Positions 39,736 through 50,564 of a stretch of DNA of 64,000 nt are shown piece after piece. The notes below the pieces were generated by a model. That model did no database searches. It was given only the letters and a program-made list of their open reading frames with translations, and was not told the DNA's origin. The stretch comes from a bacterium. GTDB taxonomy: Bacteria > JAHJDO01. How positions within the stretch are numbered: the first letter of the stretch is position 1; every line of letters begins with the position of its first letter. Position numbers and translations under genes: made by a program. Location of the stretch: assembly GCA_043824255.1 (NCBI GenBank), contig JBDRTG010000047.1, positions 96,001-160,000 of the forward strand. The letters are read 5' to 3'.

Positions 39736-40131
39736 ATGCCTAATCCAAAAATGCAAATTAAAAAATCGCGAGGGGATGTTAGATTTCGTATAGCTTTACC
39801 TGTAGAATATGAAAAAGAATACACTATTGCGAAAGAAAAAATAGTTAAGAAAACTATTGCACGAGATCTTAGTGGAGGAGGCATACAATTTGAAACAGAC
39901 GAAGATATTCCAAAAGGTATAAAACTTTCACTTAAAATAAAAATGCCAAAATTAGGAAAATTCTTTACAGTCAATGCAGAAGTAACCTACTCCAAAAAAA
40001 TCAGCAGTGGTGTATATGATATAGGAGCAAAATTCCTGAATATATCTCAAGAAGCTAAAGAGGCTATAAACATGTTCTATTACATTAATAGATTAGAACG
40101 AAAAGGGCCTATGGCTACCTATCAGAAATAG
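39736..40131 (+). CDS. Stand-alone PilZ-domain protein
   Basis: RGDVR (RxxxR) and DLSGGG (DxSxxG). Confidence 0.85.
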   Translation: MPNPKMQIKKSRGDVRFRIALPVEYEKEYTIAKEKIVKKTIARDLSGGGIQFETDEDIPKGIKLSLKIKMPKLGKFFTVNAEVTYSKKISSGVYDIGAKFLNISQEAKEAINMFYYINRLERKGPMATYQK

Positions 40132-40797
40132 CTACGTTTTCTCATATTCTACTTTAATCTTCTTCATATCCTGCCAGACAAGTTTTTTTTCATTTGGATT
40201 GTATAACAAGTAAGCAGGATGAAACGTAGGAATTAATTTTGCATCCATATATTCAAAGAATCTCCCTCTAAGCTGAGAGATAGGCTGTTGGCTATTGAGA
40301 AGAGTTTGCGCAGCAAACTTACCTAAAGCACAAATAATCTTTGGCTTTATTATGCTTATCTGTTTAGATAAATATCCTTGACACATAGCGATTTCATAAG
40401 GCTCAGGATTCCTATTCCCCGGAGGCCTGCACTTAAGAATATTAGCTATATAAACGTCTGTTCTTTTAAGCCCTATTGAATTTATTATTTTTGTTAAAAG
40501 CTGTCCTGCTTTACCAACAAATGGTTCACCCTGTAAATCCTCGTCTCTTCCAGGTGCCTCTCCCACAAACATAAGCTTTGCATGCTCATCTCCAGCGCCA
40601 AAAACCAGATGAGTTCTTGTTTTTGCAAGTGGACACTTCTGACAGCCCTTTATTTTCTCTTTTAAGTTTAAGAGACCTCCTGCACACTCACCCTGCGTAG
40701 GATTCTCAACTTCTATGCCCTGTTCGCATAGATACTGTTTTGTGAGCCTCACAACATCCAACAGTTCTTCTTGTAGAGACTGTTTATCAATACTCAT
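40132..40797 (-). CDS. udg: Uracil-DNA glycosylase family 4
   Basis: CQKCPL, GEAPG, PFVG, KCRPP, FHPAYLL. Confidence 0.93.
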   Translation of the reverse strand: MSIDKQSLQEELLDVVRLTKQYLCEQGIEVENPTQGECAGGLLNLKEKIKGCQKCPLAKTRTHLVFGAGDEHAKLMFVGEAPGRDEDLQGEPFVGKAGQLLTKIINSIGLKRTDVYIANILKCRPPGNRNPEPYEIAMCQGYLSKQISIIKPKIICALGKFAAQTLLNSQQPISQLRGRFFEYMDAKLIPTFHPAYLLYNPNEKKLVWQDMKKIKVEYEKT

Positions 40798-40800
40798 AAA

Positions 40801-43458
40801 TTATACATTTACCCCACAGCATTTTTTATATTTCTTTCCACTTCCACATGGACAGGGCTCATTACGCCCTATCTTTTTACCTTCTCTCTTGTATGGTTCC
40901 CTTGGAGCTTCTCCCTCAGGTTGATTTGTATGCATCTCCTGCTGCTGGGGGGGGGTGAGATGTCTCATATCCTTTGCATCTTCATGGCTAAGATGTTGAG
41001 ACGAAGCATCAAAAACTTCTTTCATATGAATTGTTTCATCTCCAACCTGAACCTTTAAAACATACTCAACGATTTCCTCTTCTATGCTCTCAATCATCTC
41101 GTAGAACATATTAAATCCTTCCCTCTTATATTCGACAAGGGGATCCTTCTGTCCGTAAGCCTGATAACCTATGCCTTCTCTAAGAGTGTCCATAGCATAG
41201 AGGAGATCCTTCCACTTTGTATCTATTACATGCAGCATTATTGCCTGCTCAGCCTGAGGTATAATTGCATTTCTCTTAGCTTTATAAGCCGCCTTAATCC
41301 TGCTAACCAAAGATTTTTTTAAATCCGGATATTCTATCTTAACAGGATCTACTTCATCCCTATTAAAAGAAAGCCCTGTACTCTGTCTAAGCCAAGCTGA
41401 AAGCCCGTCCAAATCCCATTCTTCAGGATGAATGTTTCCCGGGGTATAAATAGAAAGTCTTTTCTCTACAATTTCATTTATCATATCGGATACATAATCT
41501 TCTAACTTTTTACCTTCCAGCACCATATCTCTTTGTTGGTAAATTACCTCTCTTTGTTTATTCATTACATCGTCATACTTGAGCAGGTCTTTACGTATGT
41601 CAAAATTGCGGCCTTCAACTCTCTTTTGAGCATTCTCTATTGCTTTTGTTACCATTCTATGTTCTATTGGCTGCCCATCAGGCATGCCCATTCTTTCCAT
41701 AAGCCCCTTAATTCTGTCGGAACCGAAAATTCGCATAAGATCATCATCAAAAGACAGATAAAACCTTGAAGAGCCTGGATCTCCCTGTCTGCCTGCCCGT
41801 CCCCGAAGCTGATTATCTATACGCCTTGACTCATGGCGCTCTGTGCCTAATATATGCAATCCTCCGCGATCCGCTATGCCATCTCCCAAAACAATATCAG
41901 TTCCCCTGCCAGCCATGTTCGTTGCTATTGTCACAGATTTTTCCTGACCTGCTCTCTCTATTATCTTTGCCTCCTGTTCATGATATTTGGCATTTAAAAC
42001 CTCATGAGAAATCCCTTCTTTCTTAAGCATTTGATCTAAAACTTCTGACTTTTCTATGGATATTGTACCTACAAGTACAGGTCTTCCAAGCTTATAAAGC
42101 TCTTTAATCTCCTGTATTATGGCCTTGAATTTTTCCTTCTCTGTTTTATAAATCACATCCGGATAATTAGTTCTCTTAAGGACTTTGTTTGGTGGTATTA
42201 CAACTACCTCTAAATTATATATCTTGTGGAATTCCACAGCCTCAGTCTCTGCCGTTCCGGTCATTCCAGCCAGCTTCTTATACATTCTGAAATAATTTTG
42301 GAATGTTACTGTTGCAAGTGTTTGGCTTTCCTGTTCTATCTTCACTCTCTCTTTTGCCTCAAGCGCCTGATGCAAGCCGTCCGAATAACGCCTTCCGGGC
42401 ATAATTCTGCCAGTGAACTCATCTACAATAATCACCTGACCATCTTTCACCATATAGTCCTTATCCCGCTGGAAATTGCAATGCGCTTTAAGCATTTGTT
42501 CGGCATGATGTTTATATTCCATGGTCTCAAGAGTGTGAAGGTCTTCTAAACCCAGTAGTTTGGCTACTTTCATTTCCCCTTCTTCAGTAAGATATGTAGT
42601 ATGAGCTTTTTCATCCTTTACATAGTCTCCTGTTTCCTGCTTGGTTTCCTCATTGCGTATTCCTTCTTTAAGCCGGAGGAAAATTTGTTCCAGTTTATAA
42701 TATTTATCCGTAGATTCCTCAGCTGGTCCGGAGATAATTAATGGGGTGCGAGCCTCATCTATTAAAATGCTGTCTACTTCATCAACAACAGCATAATTAA
42801 GTCCCCTTTGAACTTTATCCTCTTTTCTTACAACCATATTATCTCTTAAATAATCAAACCCAAATTCATTATTTGTTCCGTAAGTAACGTCAGCTCCATA
42901 AGCAACTTGCCTCTCTGGAGGATTCATATCATGCTGAATGAAACCCACAGACAATCCCAGAAACTTATATACCTCTCCCATCCAGGCTGCATCTCTTTTT
43001 GCCAGAAAGTCATTCACCGTTACTATATGAACTCCTTTCCCAGAAAGCGCATTTAAATATGCAGACAGTGTTGCAACAAGCGTCTTTCCCTCCCCTGTTG
43101 CCATCTCCGCAATCTTACCCCCGTGAAGTACTACCCCTCCTATAAGCTGCACATCAAAGTGCGGTCCAAACCTTCGCTGGTTTGGGTCTCCAAAAAGTTT
43201 CTCTGCAATCTCCGGGTTGGAAAAGACGCGTTTTGCCGACTCTTTTGCTACTGCAAATGCTTCCGGAAGAATATCGTCTTCAGTTTCACCCTTTTCCAGG
43301 CGGCTCCTGAACTCATCAGTTTTAGCACGTAGCTCGGAATCAGATAGATTCTGATATTCCTCCCAGAACTGGTTTATAGCACCTGCATACTTCCACAGCC
43401 TTTTAAGCTCACGGTCATTCTTAGTGCCAAAAATCTTACGAAGAACATAGCTGAACAT
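40801..43458 (-). CDS. secA: Preprotein translocase SecA
   Basis: [47 protein letters not shown]. Confidence 0.98.
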   Translation of the reverse strand: MFSYVLRKIFGTKNDRELKRLWKYAGAINQFWEEYQNLSDSELRAKTDEFRSRLEKGETEDDILPEAFAVAKESAKRVFSNPEIAEKLFGDPNQRRFGPHFDVQLIGGVVLHGGKIAEMATGEGKTLVATLSAYLNALSGKGVHIVTVNDFLAKRDAAWMGEVYKFLGLSVGFIQHDMNPPERQVAYGADVTYGTNNEFGFDYLRDNMVVRKEDKVQRGLNYAVVDEVDSILIDEARTPLIISGPAEESTDKYYKLEQIFLRLKEGIRNEETKQETGDYVKDEKAHTTYLTEEGEMKVAKLLGLEDLHTLETMEYKHHAEQMLKAHCNFQRDKDYMVKDGQVIIVDEFTGRIMPGRRYSDGLHQALEAKERVKIEQESQTLATVTFQNYFRMYKKLAGMTGTAETEAVEFHKIYNLEVVVIPPNKVLKRTNYPDVIYKTEKEKFKAIIQEIKELYKLGRPVLVGTISIEKSEVLDQMLKKEGISHEVLNAKYHEQEAKIIERAGQEKSVTIATNMAGRGTDIVLGDGIADRGGLHILGTERHESRRIDNQLRGRAGRQGDPGSSRFYLSFDDDLMRIFGSDRIKGLMERMGMPDGQPIEHRMVTKAIENAQKRVEGRNFDIRKDLLKYDDVMNKQREVIYQQRDMVLEGKKLEDYVSDMINEIVEKRLSIYTPGNIHPEEWDLDGLSAWLRQSTGLSFNRDEVDPVKIEYPDLKKSLVSRIKAAYKAKRNAIIPQAEQAIMLHVIDTKWKDLLYAMDTLREGIGYQAYGQKDPLVEYKREGFNMFYEMIESIEEEIVEYVLKVQVGDETIHMKEVFDASSQHLSHEDAKDMRHLTPPQQQEMHTNQPEGEAPREPYKREGKKIGRNEPCPCGSGKKYKKCCGVNV

Positions 43459-43487
43459 TTTATTCCTGTGTTAACACTTTGTTAGTT

Positions 43488-43564
43488 TGGTCGGGGCGAC
43501 TGGATTCGAACCAGCGACCTCTTGAACCCCATTCAAGCGCGCTACCAAGCTGCGCCACGCCCCG
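43488..43564 (-). tRNA. tRNA-Pro(GGG)
   Basis: CGGGGCG acceptor stem, CTTGA-AT-GGG-GT-TCAAG, GTTCGAATC, encoded CCA. Confidence 0.97.
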
Positions 43565-43569
43565 GTTGA

Positions 43570-43911
43570 TTATCTATTCAAAATAGCTCGTATATCAGTA
43601 AGCTCTTTCTTGATATCTCTTATTATATTAACTAGTTCCTGGTCGTGCGGCTTCTTTAAGCCGTTCTTTGGCGCTTCAAGTTGTTTCTTTGCGCCATCTC
43701 TTGTATATAAATCTTCCCACAGAAGCTTTTTTATTTGAAGTATAAGCTCAATATCCTTTTTGGCATAACTCCTTTTACCGTCGCCATCCTTTTTAGGTTT
43801 TAACTGCTTAAATTCTCCTTCCCAGTCACGCAGCACATACGGCTCCACTTTTGCAAGTCTGCTTACCTCGCCTATTGAGAAAAAGAGCTTATCAGGTATA
43901 TTGATTTCCAT
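43570..43911 (-). CDS. MerR-family HTH regulator
   Basis: [22 protein letters not shown]; this type often lies directly upstream of tRNA-Pro. Confidence 0.85.
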   Translation of the reverse strand: MEINIPDKLFFSIGEVSRLAKVEPYVLRDWEGEFKQLKPKKDGDGKRSYAKKDIELILQIKKLLWEDLYTRDGAKKQLEAPKNGLKKPHDQELVNIIRDIKKELTDIRAILNR

Positions 43912-43916
43912 ATTTC

Positions 43917-44912
43917 TTATTCTATTTCTGATTTTGCATCTCTTGTCATTAAATCCATAACTGCTTTTCGCGGATCCTTATTATTAAAAAGTACTTCGTG
44001 AATCTCAGTTGTTATTGGCATATCCACACTATATCTTTCTGAAAGAGAATAGGCTGACTGAGTTGTTTTTACGCCTTCTGAGACCATTGACATTGAATCA
44101 AGAATTTGACTAAGTGTCCTTCCCTTCGCAATCTGCTCCCCAACAAACCTGTTTCTGCTATGTTTACTTGTACAAGTTGTAATTAAATCACCTATGCCAC
44201 TTAGGCCAGAAAAGGTGTGGGGGTTTGCTCCCATTTTTACACCAAGCCTTTTGATCTCTGCCAATCCTCTGGTAAGCAAGGCAGACTTAGTATTATCTCC
44301 AAAACCAAGTCCATCAGAGATTCCAGCAGCTATAGCTATTATATTTTTTAGCGCACCGCCTAATTCAACGCCAATTACATCAGAATTTGTATATACTCTA
44401 AAATTCTCAGCCATAAAAATTGTTTGAACATGTTTTGCAACATCCATATCTTTCCCAGAAACCACAACTGTAGTCGGAATTCCTCTTACCACCTCTTCTG
44501 CATGAGACGGGCCTGAGAGAATAACAATATTGGTATTACTTGTCTCTTCTGCGATTATCTCTGACATCCTTTTTAACGTTTTATTTTCAATGCCTTTTGC
44601 AACACTTAGTTTTACAACTCCTTCCGGAACATGAGAACTTTTTGCAACCTTTCTCATCACATGAGAAGGCACGGCATAAACTACTAAAGAGGCATCTGAT
44701 ATGGCTTCATCTATTTTGGATGTTATATAAATTTCAGCAGGTATATCTATTCCTGGCAGAAACTTTGGATTCTTTCTCTGTTTAAGGAGAACCTCTGCAT
44801 AATCAGGAAATGCCTCCCATAGCGAAACCTCAAACCTCTTTTTATAAAGATGAATAGCTAATGTTGTTCCCCATCCACCAGCTCCAAGCACACAGATTTT
44901 TTTATTATTCAT
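43917..44912 (-). CDS. gpsA: NAD(P)H glycerol-3-phosphate dehydrogenase
   Basis: GAGGWG, SGPSHA, GGALKN, GDLITTC, SRN. Confidence 0.96.
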   Translation of the reverse strand: MNNKKICVLGAGGWGTTLAIHLYKKRFEVSLWEAFPDYAEVLLKQRKNPKFLPGIDIPAEIYITSKIDEAISDASLVVYAVPSHVMRKVAKSSHVPEGVVKLSVAKGIENKTLKRMSEIIAEETSNTNIVILSGPSHAEEVVRGIPTTVVVSGKDMDVAKHVQTIFMAENFRVYTNSDVIGVELGGALKNIIAIAAGISDGLGFGDNTKSALLTRGLAEIKRLGVKMGANPHTFSGLSGIGDLITTCTSKHSRNRFVGEQIAKGRTLSQILDSMSMVSEGVKTTQSAYSLSERYSVDMPITTEIHEVLFNNKDPRKAVMDLMTRDAKSEIE

Positions 44913-44936
44913 AATAGATTAAATACTAACAAAGCA

Positions 44937-45578
44937 CTATGTTTTATGCAAGTTTTTTACTTTTTTGCCAATCTTGTTTTCCGTTCCATGCAAAAGTCTT
45001 TCTATATTGCCTTTGTGTCTTATAACAACAAACACTGCTGCAATTATTCCAAAAAGAAGATTCCAAATCCTGAAATTAAAAACACCTATAAAAATAGGTA
45101 AGCTTATTGCAGCTATTATAGATGAGAACGAGACATATCGTGTAATTAAAGCGCATATTCCCCATACTGCAACGCATAACAGTATAGGAATTGGTGCTAT
45201 AGCGAGAAATACACCTGCGCTTGTCGCAACTCCTTTGCCTCCTTTAAAATCTAAAAATATAGTCCAATTATGACCTATTATTGCACTTGTTCCCGCTATT
45301 ATTTGAAACAAATTATAAAACTGATCTGAACAACCTCTATGAAAATATGTTGCTATTATACTTGCACAAATCAGGCCTTTGGCAATATCAATAATCAGTG
45401 TTATAATTCCAGGAATAATTCCAAGCACTCTAAATACATTAGTTGCTCCCACATTCCCGCTGCCAAACTCTCTAACATCAATCTTCTTTGTTAATTTCCC
45501 AATTATAAAACCTGTTGGAATTGCCCCTAAAAGATAACTTACTGCAATCATTGCCATGATCTTTAATATAATTGTCAT
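44937..45578 (-). CDS. plsY: Glycerol-3-phosphate acyltransferase PlsY
   Basis: GSGNVGATN, FKGGKGVAT, RHKGNI. Confidence 0.96.
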   Translation of the reverse strand: MTIILKIMAMIAVSYLLGAIPTGFIIGKLTKKIDVREFGSGNVGATNVFRVLGIIPGIITLIIDIAKGLICASIIATYFHRGCSDQFYNLFQIIAGTSAIIGHNWTIFLDFKGGKGVATSAGVFLAIAPIPILLCVAVWGICALITRYVSFSSIIAAISLPIFIGVFNFRIWNLLFGIIAAVFVVIRHKGNIERLLHGTENKIGKKVKNLHKT

Positions 45579-46897
45579 GTTGTTTCCTTTATTTTGAATC
45601 TTATTGGAACACCTTTAAATCCAAAATCATTATACAGATTATTTTTCAGATAGTTTAAATAGTCTGCCATAATCAAATTTCTATTGTTAACAAATAAAGC
45701 AAATGTAGGCGGGCAGGTTGATACTTGAGTTATATATTTTATTTTCAACTGCTTACTGGATGTAGAAGAGAACGGCCTGCGTTTTTTCGCATCTTCCAAC
45801 ATCTTGTTAAGCACTGCAGTATTTATGCGTTCTGTATAATATTTATGTACATTAAAGGCCATGTCCATGACCGTAAATATCTTTTCTTTTTTCAATGCGG
45901 ATATAAAAACTACTGGTACAAAATTAAGAAACTTTAAACTAGCTCTAAACTGTTTGAGCCATATTTCCTTATCAATACCCAGCTTTTTTGATAGATCAGC
46001 TTTATTAATTGCTATTATTAAGCCCTTCCCATGTTCACAGACAAAAGAGGCTATTTTTTTATCCTCCCGCGTTGGTCCTTTGGTTATATCTATAATTAAG
46101 ATCGCTATATCGGATAGTTGTATAGCTTTTTGTGCTCTTATTACACTATACCTTTCAATATCTGTTTTTAGCTTGTTTCTCGCCCTAATACCTGCTGTAT
46201 CAACTAATACAAAACTTGTGTTTTTGTACTTTAGAAAGCTATCTACAGCATCCCTTGTTGTACCAGGCTCCTCGTCTACTATAAGTCTCTTATCGCCTAG
46301 TATTGCATTTACATAGGAAGACTTTCCAACATTTGGCCCCCCAACAATAGCTATTCTTATCTCATCGGATGATGCTGCATTTTCCCTATCAGAAAAATCC
46401 TCTGTCACCTTATCTAATAAAGTATTAATATTTAAACCGTGAGATGCTGAAATTGGCAAAAGTTCATCAGTGCCAAACTGATAGAAATCATAAATGTCAT
46501 TAGTCTTCGCTTCAGTGTCTACCTTATTAACAACTACAATATATTTCTTATCTGTCCTTCGAATTTTATCTATAATCTCTTTATCTACTGGAAGAACACC
46601 TGTCTTGGCATCAACCATGAAAATTATAAAATCTGCCTGAACAATAGCTATATCAACTTGAGCTCTAATCTGCGCAGATATATTATCCATGCTCTCGAAA
46701 TTCAGGCCTCCAGTATCTATAATCTCAAAGCTTTTACCTCCCCATAGACCAGTTCCATAAATTCTATCCCGTGTTAGGCCGGAAAAGGAGTCTACTATAC
46801 TTTTTCTTTGTCCAATTATCCTGTTGAAAAGCGTTGATTTGCCGACATTGGGACGGCCTAGAATTGCTACAATAGGGTTATGCTTTTCTCGCACCAT
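45575..46897 (-). CDS. der: Ribosome biogenesis GTPase Der (EngA)
   Basis: Two G domains (GRPNVGKS, GGPNVGKS) plus KH-like tail. Confidence 0.96.
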   Translation of the reverse strand: MVREKHNPIVAILGRPNVGKSTLFNRIIGQRKSIVDSFSGLTRDRIYGTGLWGGKSFEIIDTGGLNFESMDNISAQIRAQVDIAIVQADFIIFMVDAKTGVLPVDKEIIDKIRRTDKKYIVVVNKVDTEAKTNDIYDFYQFGTDELLPISASHGLNINTLLDKVTEDFSDRENAASSDEIRIAIVGGPNVGKSSYVNAILGDKRLIVDEEPGTTRDAVDSFLKYKNTSFVLVDTAGIRARNKLKTDIERYSVIRAQKAIQLSDIAILIIDITKGPTREDKKIASFVCEHGKGLIIAINKADLSKKLGIDKEIWLKQFRASLKFLNFVPVVFISALKKEKIFTVMDMAFNVHKYYTERINTAVLNKMLEDAKKRRPFSSTSSKQLKIKYITQVSTCPPTFALFVNNRNLIMADYLNYLKNNLYNDFGFKGVPIRFKIKETT

Positions 46898-47423
46898 TTA
46901 AGAGCTTCACTCCATATATCATATAATTAACCCCTGATGTCACTGTAAAAACCACTGTTATCCACACAATTGGATCAACAAAAAGCACTGAAGGAACTCT
47001 TATATTTAACAGGGTATAAATAATTGTGAAAATTTGCAAAAAAGTAGTACACTTGCTTATTTTTGAGGGCTTGGGCTCAAGACCTCCTAAAGCAACGTAA
47101 AGTATTAAAAAACCTGATATGATAACTACGTCACGCACAATGACTACGATTGTAAGAAAAGCAGGAATGCTCTTATCCAGCGTTAGCATGATAAAAGCTG
47201 TTATAAGAAGTATCTTATCTGCTATTGGATCAACATGTTTGCCGAATTTAGACACTTGATCTCTCTTGCGGGCAATTAAGCCATCTATGGCATCTGTTAT
47301 ACCAGCAATAAAAAATATGCCTAGAGCTATGAGTCTGGTTTCTGGTGTTCCTTTGTGTAGAAAAACAGCAAAGACAGGAACCAGTAATATCCTAAAAACA
47401 GTCAAAAAATTTGCTGTATCCAC
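46878..47423 (-). CDS. pgsA: CDP-alcohol phosphatidyltransferase (PgsA-like)
   Basis: DAIDGLIAR..GKHVDPIADK. Confidence 0.85.
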   Translation of the reverse strand: MDTANFLTVFRILLVPVFAVFLHKGTPETRLIALGIFFIAGITDAIDGLIARKRDQVSKFGKHVDPIADKILLITAFIMLTLDKSIPAFLTIVVIVRDVVIISGFLILYVALGGLEPKPSKISKCTTFLQIFTIIYTLLNIRVPSVLFVDPIVWITVVFTVTSGVNYMIYGVKLLNGARKA

Positions 47424-47506
47424 GAATAAAATCCTTATAACAACTTCATAACAATAAGAAATAATAGAAGTTTAGACTGCAGAGGTCAAGAGTTTTAATG
47501 CTTGAC

Positions 47507-48442
47507 TTATTGAACCTTTGTCCCGCATTTTGGACAAAACTTAGTTCCTGGCTTGAGAGACGCGCTACATTTCGAACATGTTATGCCCTGAATTTTCTTT
47601 CCGCATTCCGGACAGAATACTGCACCAGGAGACACTTCTGCATTACAATATGGACACTCTTCAAGAGCAGCCTGTGGAATTTCTGCGCCACAACTCGGGC
47701 AGAATTTTGTTCCTTCCTTGGCCTTAGTTCCGCACTTGGGACAACTAACCATCACAGTGCCAGCATCCAGCAAATTCTGACAATGCGCCTGAACCTTTAC
47801 AACAATATCATCAATTGCCTTCTGCGTTGCCTCTCCCATAGGAGTCTTCTTAAAACCGCCAAAACTTACTCCAAGACTTTTTGCACCAGGAAGAGGTATA
47901 GCAGCTCCCAGGCTTAGCCCCCTTCTTTTTGCCTCTCCCCTAAACCTGAGTGTTTGCATTTCTGAAGTCTCAGCATTTACAATCTTTATTATTCCGGCAA
48001 CTATTGCAGTTTTAGTATCTCCACCAATAGAATACCCTCCAAAGCTCACTCCTCCACCCATGCCCTTCTGTGAATACTCGAACACTGTAATCACTCCATT
48101 AAGAATTATCTGTGCTCCTTTAATCTTTCCAATTTTTGCCTTTGTTTTTTTGCTTACTCTTCCGCTTGCCCCAAGATCCTGCTCACTAATTATATCCTGC
48201 ACATCTATTCTGCTCATAACAGAAAACCGTCCAGTCTCTGTTAGGGCACTTTCCAGCATATCAGCCATTCCAGTTCCCATGTTTAACTCAGATTTCCTCC
48301 AATAATCAGTTCCTGGAGCATCTTTTGCAGTGAATTTACTTACGGCCACACGCACCTTTTCCGCATACACAGGGCTTGAAAACGAGACAGCAACAAACAA
48401 TAAAGCCAAGATAACAACTAATGACTTCTCTATGCACTTCAT
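47507..48442 (-). CDS. Exported CsgG/HfaB-like protein with C-terminal zinc ribbons
   Basis: Signal peptide, GMADML..TGRF..EQDLGASG..GVITVFE, six CxxC knuckles. Confidence 0.75.
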   Translation of the reverse strand: MKCIEKSLVVILALLFVAVSFSSPVYAEKVRVAVSKFTAKDAPGTDYWRKSELNMGTGMADMLESALTETGRFSVMSRIDVQDIISEQDLGASGRVSKKTKAKIGKIKGAQIILNGVITVFEYSQKGMGGGVSFGGYSIGGDTKTAIVAGIIKIVNAETSEMQTLRFRGEAKRRGLSLGAAIPLPGAKSLGVSFGGFKKTPMGEATQKAIDDIVVKVQAHCQNLLDAGTVMVSCPKCGTKAKEGTKFCPSCGAEIPQAALEECPYCNAEVSPGAVFCPECGKKIQGITCSKCSASLKPGTKFCPKCGTKVQ

Positions 48443-48603
48443 ACCAAAATTCCTCCTTTTTTATCTATTAATATTATAGATTATATATAATTATATATAA
48501 CATTGCATCATGATTTTTGTCAAGCCACTGTTATGGCAAAATGGACAAAATAAATTGACTACGGATATATCTTATGATAGCCTTGCGTTAAAGAACTAAA
48601 CAG

Positions 48604-48687
48604 TACCGGGAGCGAGATTTGAACTCGCACAGGATTTCTCCCACTAGCCCCTCAAGCTAGCGTGTCTGCCAATTTCACCATCCCGGC
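48604..48687 (-). tRNA. tRNA-Leu(GAG)
   Basis: GCCGGGA acceptor stem, CTAGC-TT-GAG-GG-GCTAG, variable arm, GTTCAAATC. Confidence 0.95.
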
Positions 48688-48756
48688 GGGAACATCTTGA
48701 ACCTCCGTGTATAATAGCAAATTTTTGTTTGATGTCAAAAAGAATTCAGGTAGTTT

Positions 48757-49398
48757 ATGCTTAAGGTTAATGAAATTTTTAAAAGCATTCAGGGCGAGGG
48801 AAGCTTTGCCGGCAGATTATGTAGTTTCATAAGGCTTACGGGTTGCAATCTCAGATGTATTTACTGTGACACAAAGTATGCTTACAAAAAAGGAGATTAT
48901 TTATCTATAGAAGAAATTATCCAAAGAGTAAAGACATTGGGTCAGAATCTGGTAGAACTTACAGGGGGAGAGCCTCTTTTGCAAAAAGAAACCACTGAGT
49001 TGATTGACACCCTAATCAAACAAAAATATATTGTCTTAATTGAAACAAATGGCACTATCAGCATTAAAAATATAAATCAATACGCAATAATAATACTTGA
49101 TTTGAAATGTCCGGGAAGCAAAATGAGCGCTAATATGCTGTGGGAAAATATTGAGTATTTAAGGAAAAAAGATGAGGTTAAGTTTGTAATAGGCGATAGA
49201 AAGGATTATGGTTGGGCAAAGGCCATAGTGGAAAAATACAATCTTGCTCAACGAGTAAGCAGTGTTCATTTTTCACCTGTTTATGGTAAACTGGTTACCA
49301 AAGAACTCGCTGAATGGATTTGCTGTGATAATCTGGATGTTAGAATACAGCTTCAACTCCATAAGTATATATGGGGACCAGATATAAGAGGTGTTTAG
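48757..49398 (+). CDS. queE: 7-carboxy-7-deazaguanine synthase
   Basis: SIQGEG, CNLRCIYCDT, TGGEP, QLHK. Confidence 0.95.
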   Translation: MLKVNEIFKSIQGEGSFAGRLCSFIRLTGCNLRCIYCDTKYAYKKGDYLSIEEIIQRVKTLGQNLVELTGGEPLLQKETTELIDTLIKQKYIVLIETNGTISIKNINQYAIIILDLKCPGSKMSANMLWENIEYLRKKDEVKFVIGDRKDYGWAKAIVEKYNLAQRVSSVHFSPVYGKLVTKELAEWICCDNLDVRIQLQLHKYIWGPDIRGV

Positions 49399-50070
49399 AT
49401 GAAAAGGGCTGTAATTCTCAGTAGCGGAGGGATTGATTCAACAACTTCAATGGCTATTGCTAAAGCAGAAAACTACGAGTTGTACTCATTAACTCTTGAT
49501 TATGGACAGCGTCACAAGATTGAGATTAAAAGCGCTAAAAAAGTTGCTAGTTCTTTTTGTGTCAAGGAACACAAAATTATAGTAATAGGTCTAGGGGAAA
49601 TTGGGGGATCAGCATTAACAGATAATATAGATGTTCCAACAGATAACACATCAGACAAAATACCTGTTACGTATGTTCCAGCGAGAAATACTATATTCCT
49701 TTCTATCGCATTGGCCTGGGCAGAGGTTGTTGAAGCAAACGATATATTTATTGGGGCAAATGCAGTTGACTATAGTGGTTATCCGGACTGTAGACCAGAG
49801 TACTTAGAGGCATTTGAAAACCTAGCAAATCTCGGGACTAAAGCTGGCATTAAAGGGGAAAAAATAAAGATTCATGTGCCTTTACTCAGAATGTCTAAAG
49901 CAGAAATTATAAAAAAAGGCATTGAATTAGGAATTGATTATTCCATAACCTGGAGCTGTTATAATCCACGTACTGGCAGTAAAGCGTGCGGAAAATGCGA
50001 CAGCTGTAAATTTAGATTAAAGGGATTTAGGGAAGCTGGTTATAAAGATCCTATACAATATTCCACATAG
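49399..50070 (+). CDS. queC: 7-cyano-7-deazaguanine synthase
   Basis: SGGIDS, YVPARN, YPDCR, SCY..CGKCDSC. Confidence 0.96.
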   Translation: MKRAVILSSGGIDSTTSMAIAKAENYELYSLTLDYGQRHKIEIKSAKKVASSFCVKEHKIIVIGLGEIGGSALTDNIDVPTDNTSDKIPVTYVPARNTIFLSIALAWAEVVEANDIFIGANAVDYSGYPDCRPEYLEAFENLANLGTKAGIKGEKIKIHVPLLRMSKAEIIKKGIELGIDYSITWSCYNPRTGSKACGKCDSCKFRLKGFREAGYKDPIQYST

Positions 50071-50080
50071 GAGGAAACAA

Positions 50081-50503
50081 ATGCCTAAAGAACACATAGA
50101 TAAATTAACAATACTTGGCAAAAGCAAAATCAAATATCCCACTTCTCCCGATAAAGCCAAGCTGGAAACATTTGAGAACAAATATTCCAACAGAAATTAT
50201 TGGATTAGCTTTGAATGTCCTGAGTTTACATCAATATGTCCTGTTACTAGCCAACCGGATTTTGGCATAATAACAATCCGCTATATCCCTGATAAAAAGT
50301 GCATAGAAAGTAAGTCTTTGAAACTGTATTTATTCTCTTTTAGAAACTTTGCTACATTTCACGAAGAGGCTGTTAACAGAATTCTTGATGATATTGTAAG
50401 GGCATGTAATCCAAGAAAAGCCTTAGTTACCGGAAAGTTTCTTCCTCGCGGAGGAATTAGCATTCATATAGAAGCAAGCTATCCTGAAAAATCAAGCGAC
50501 TAG
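50081..50503 (+). CDS. queF: preQ0 reductase, short type I
   Basis: EFTSICP, QPDF, ESKSLKLY, FHEE, RGGI. Confidence 0.95.
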   Translation: MPKEHIDKLTILGKSKIKYPTSPDKAKLETFENKYSNRNYWISFECPEFTSICPVTSQPDFGIITIRYIPDKKCIESKSLKLYLFSFRNFATFHEEAVNRILDDIVRACNPRKALVTGKFLPRGGISIHIEASYPEKSSD

Positions 50504-50564
50504 ATAATGTATGATGTTGTGTGTTAAAATGGATACAAGATTACGAAATGAGAGAAAATAGAAT

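Noticed and set aside
48560..48756. preQ1 riboswitch upstream of queE
   Set aside because: No matching stem plus A-rich tail; TAAAGAACTAA at about 48590 lies on the far side of tRNA-Leu.
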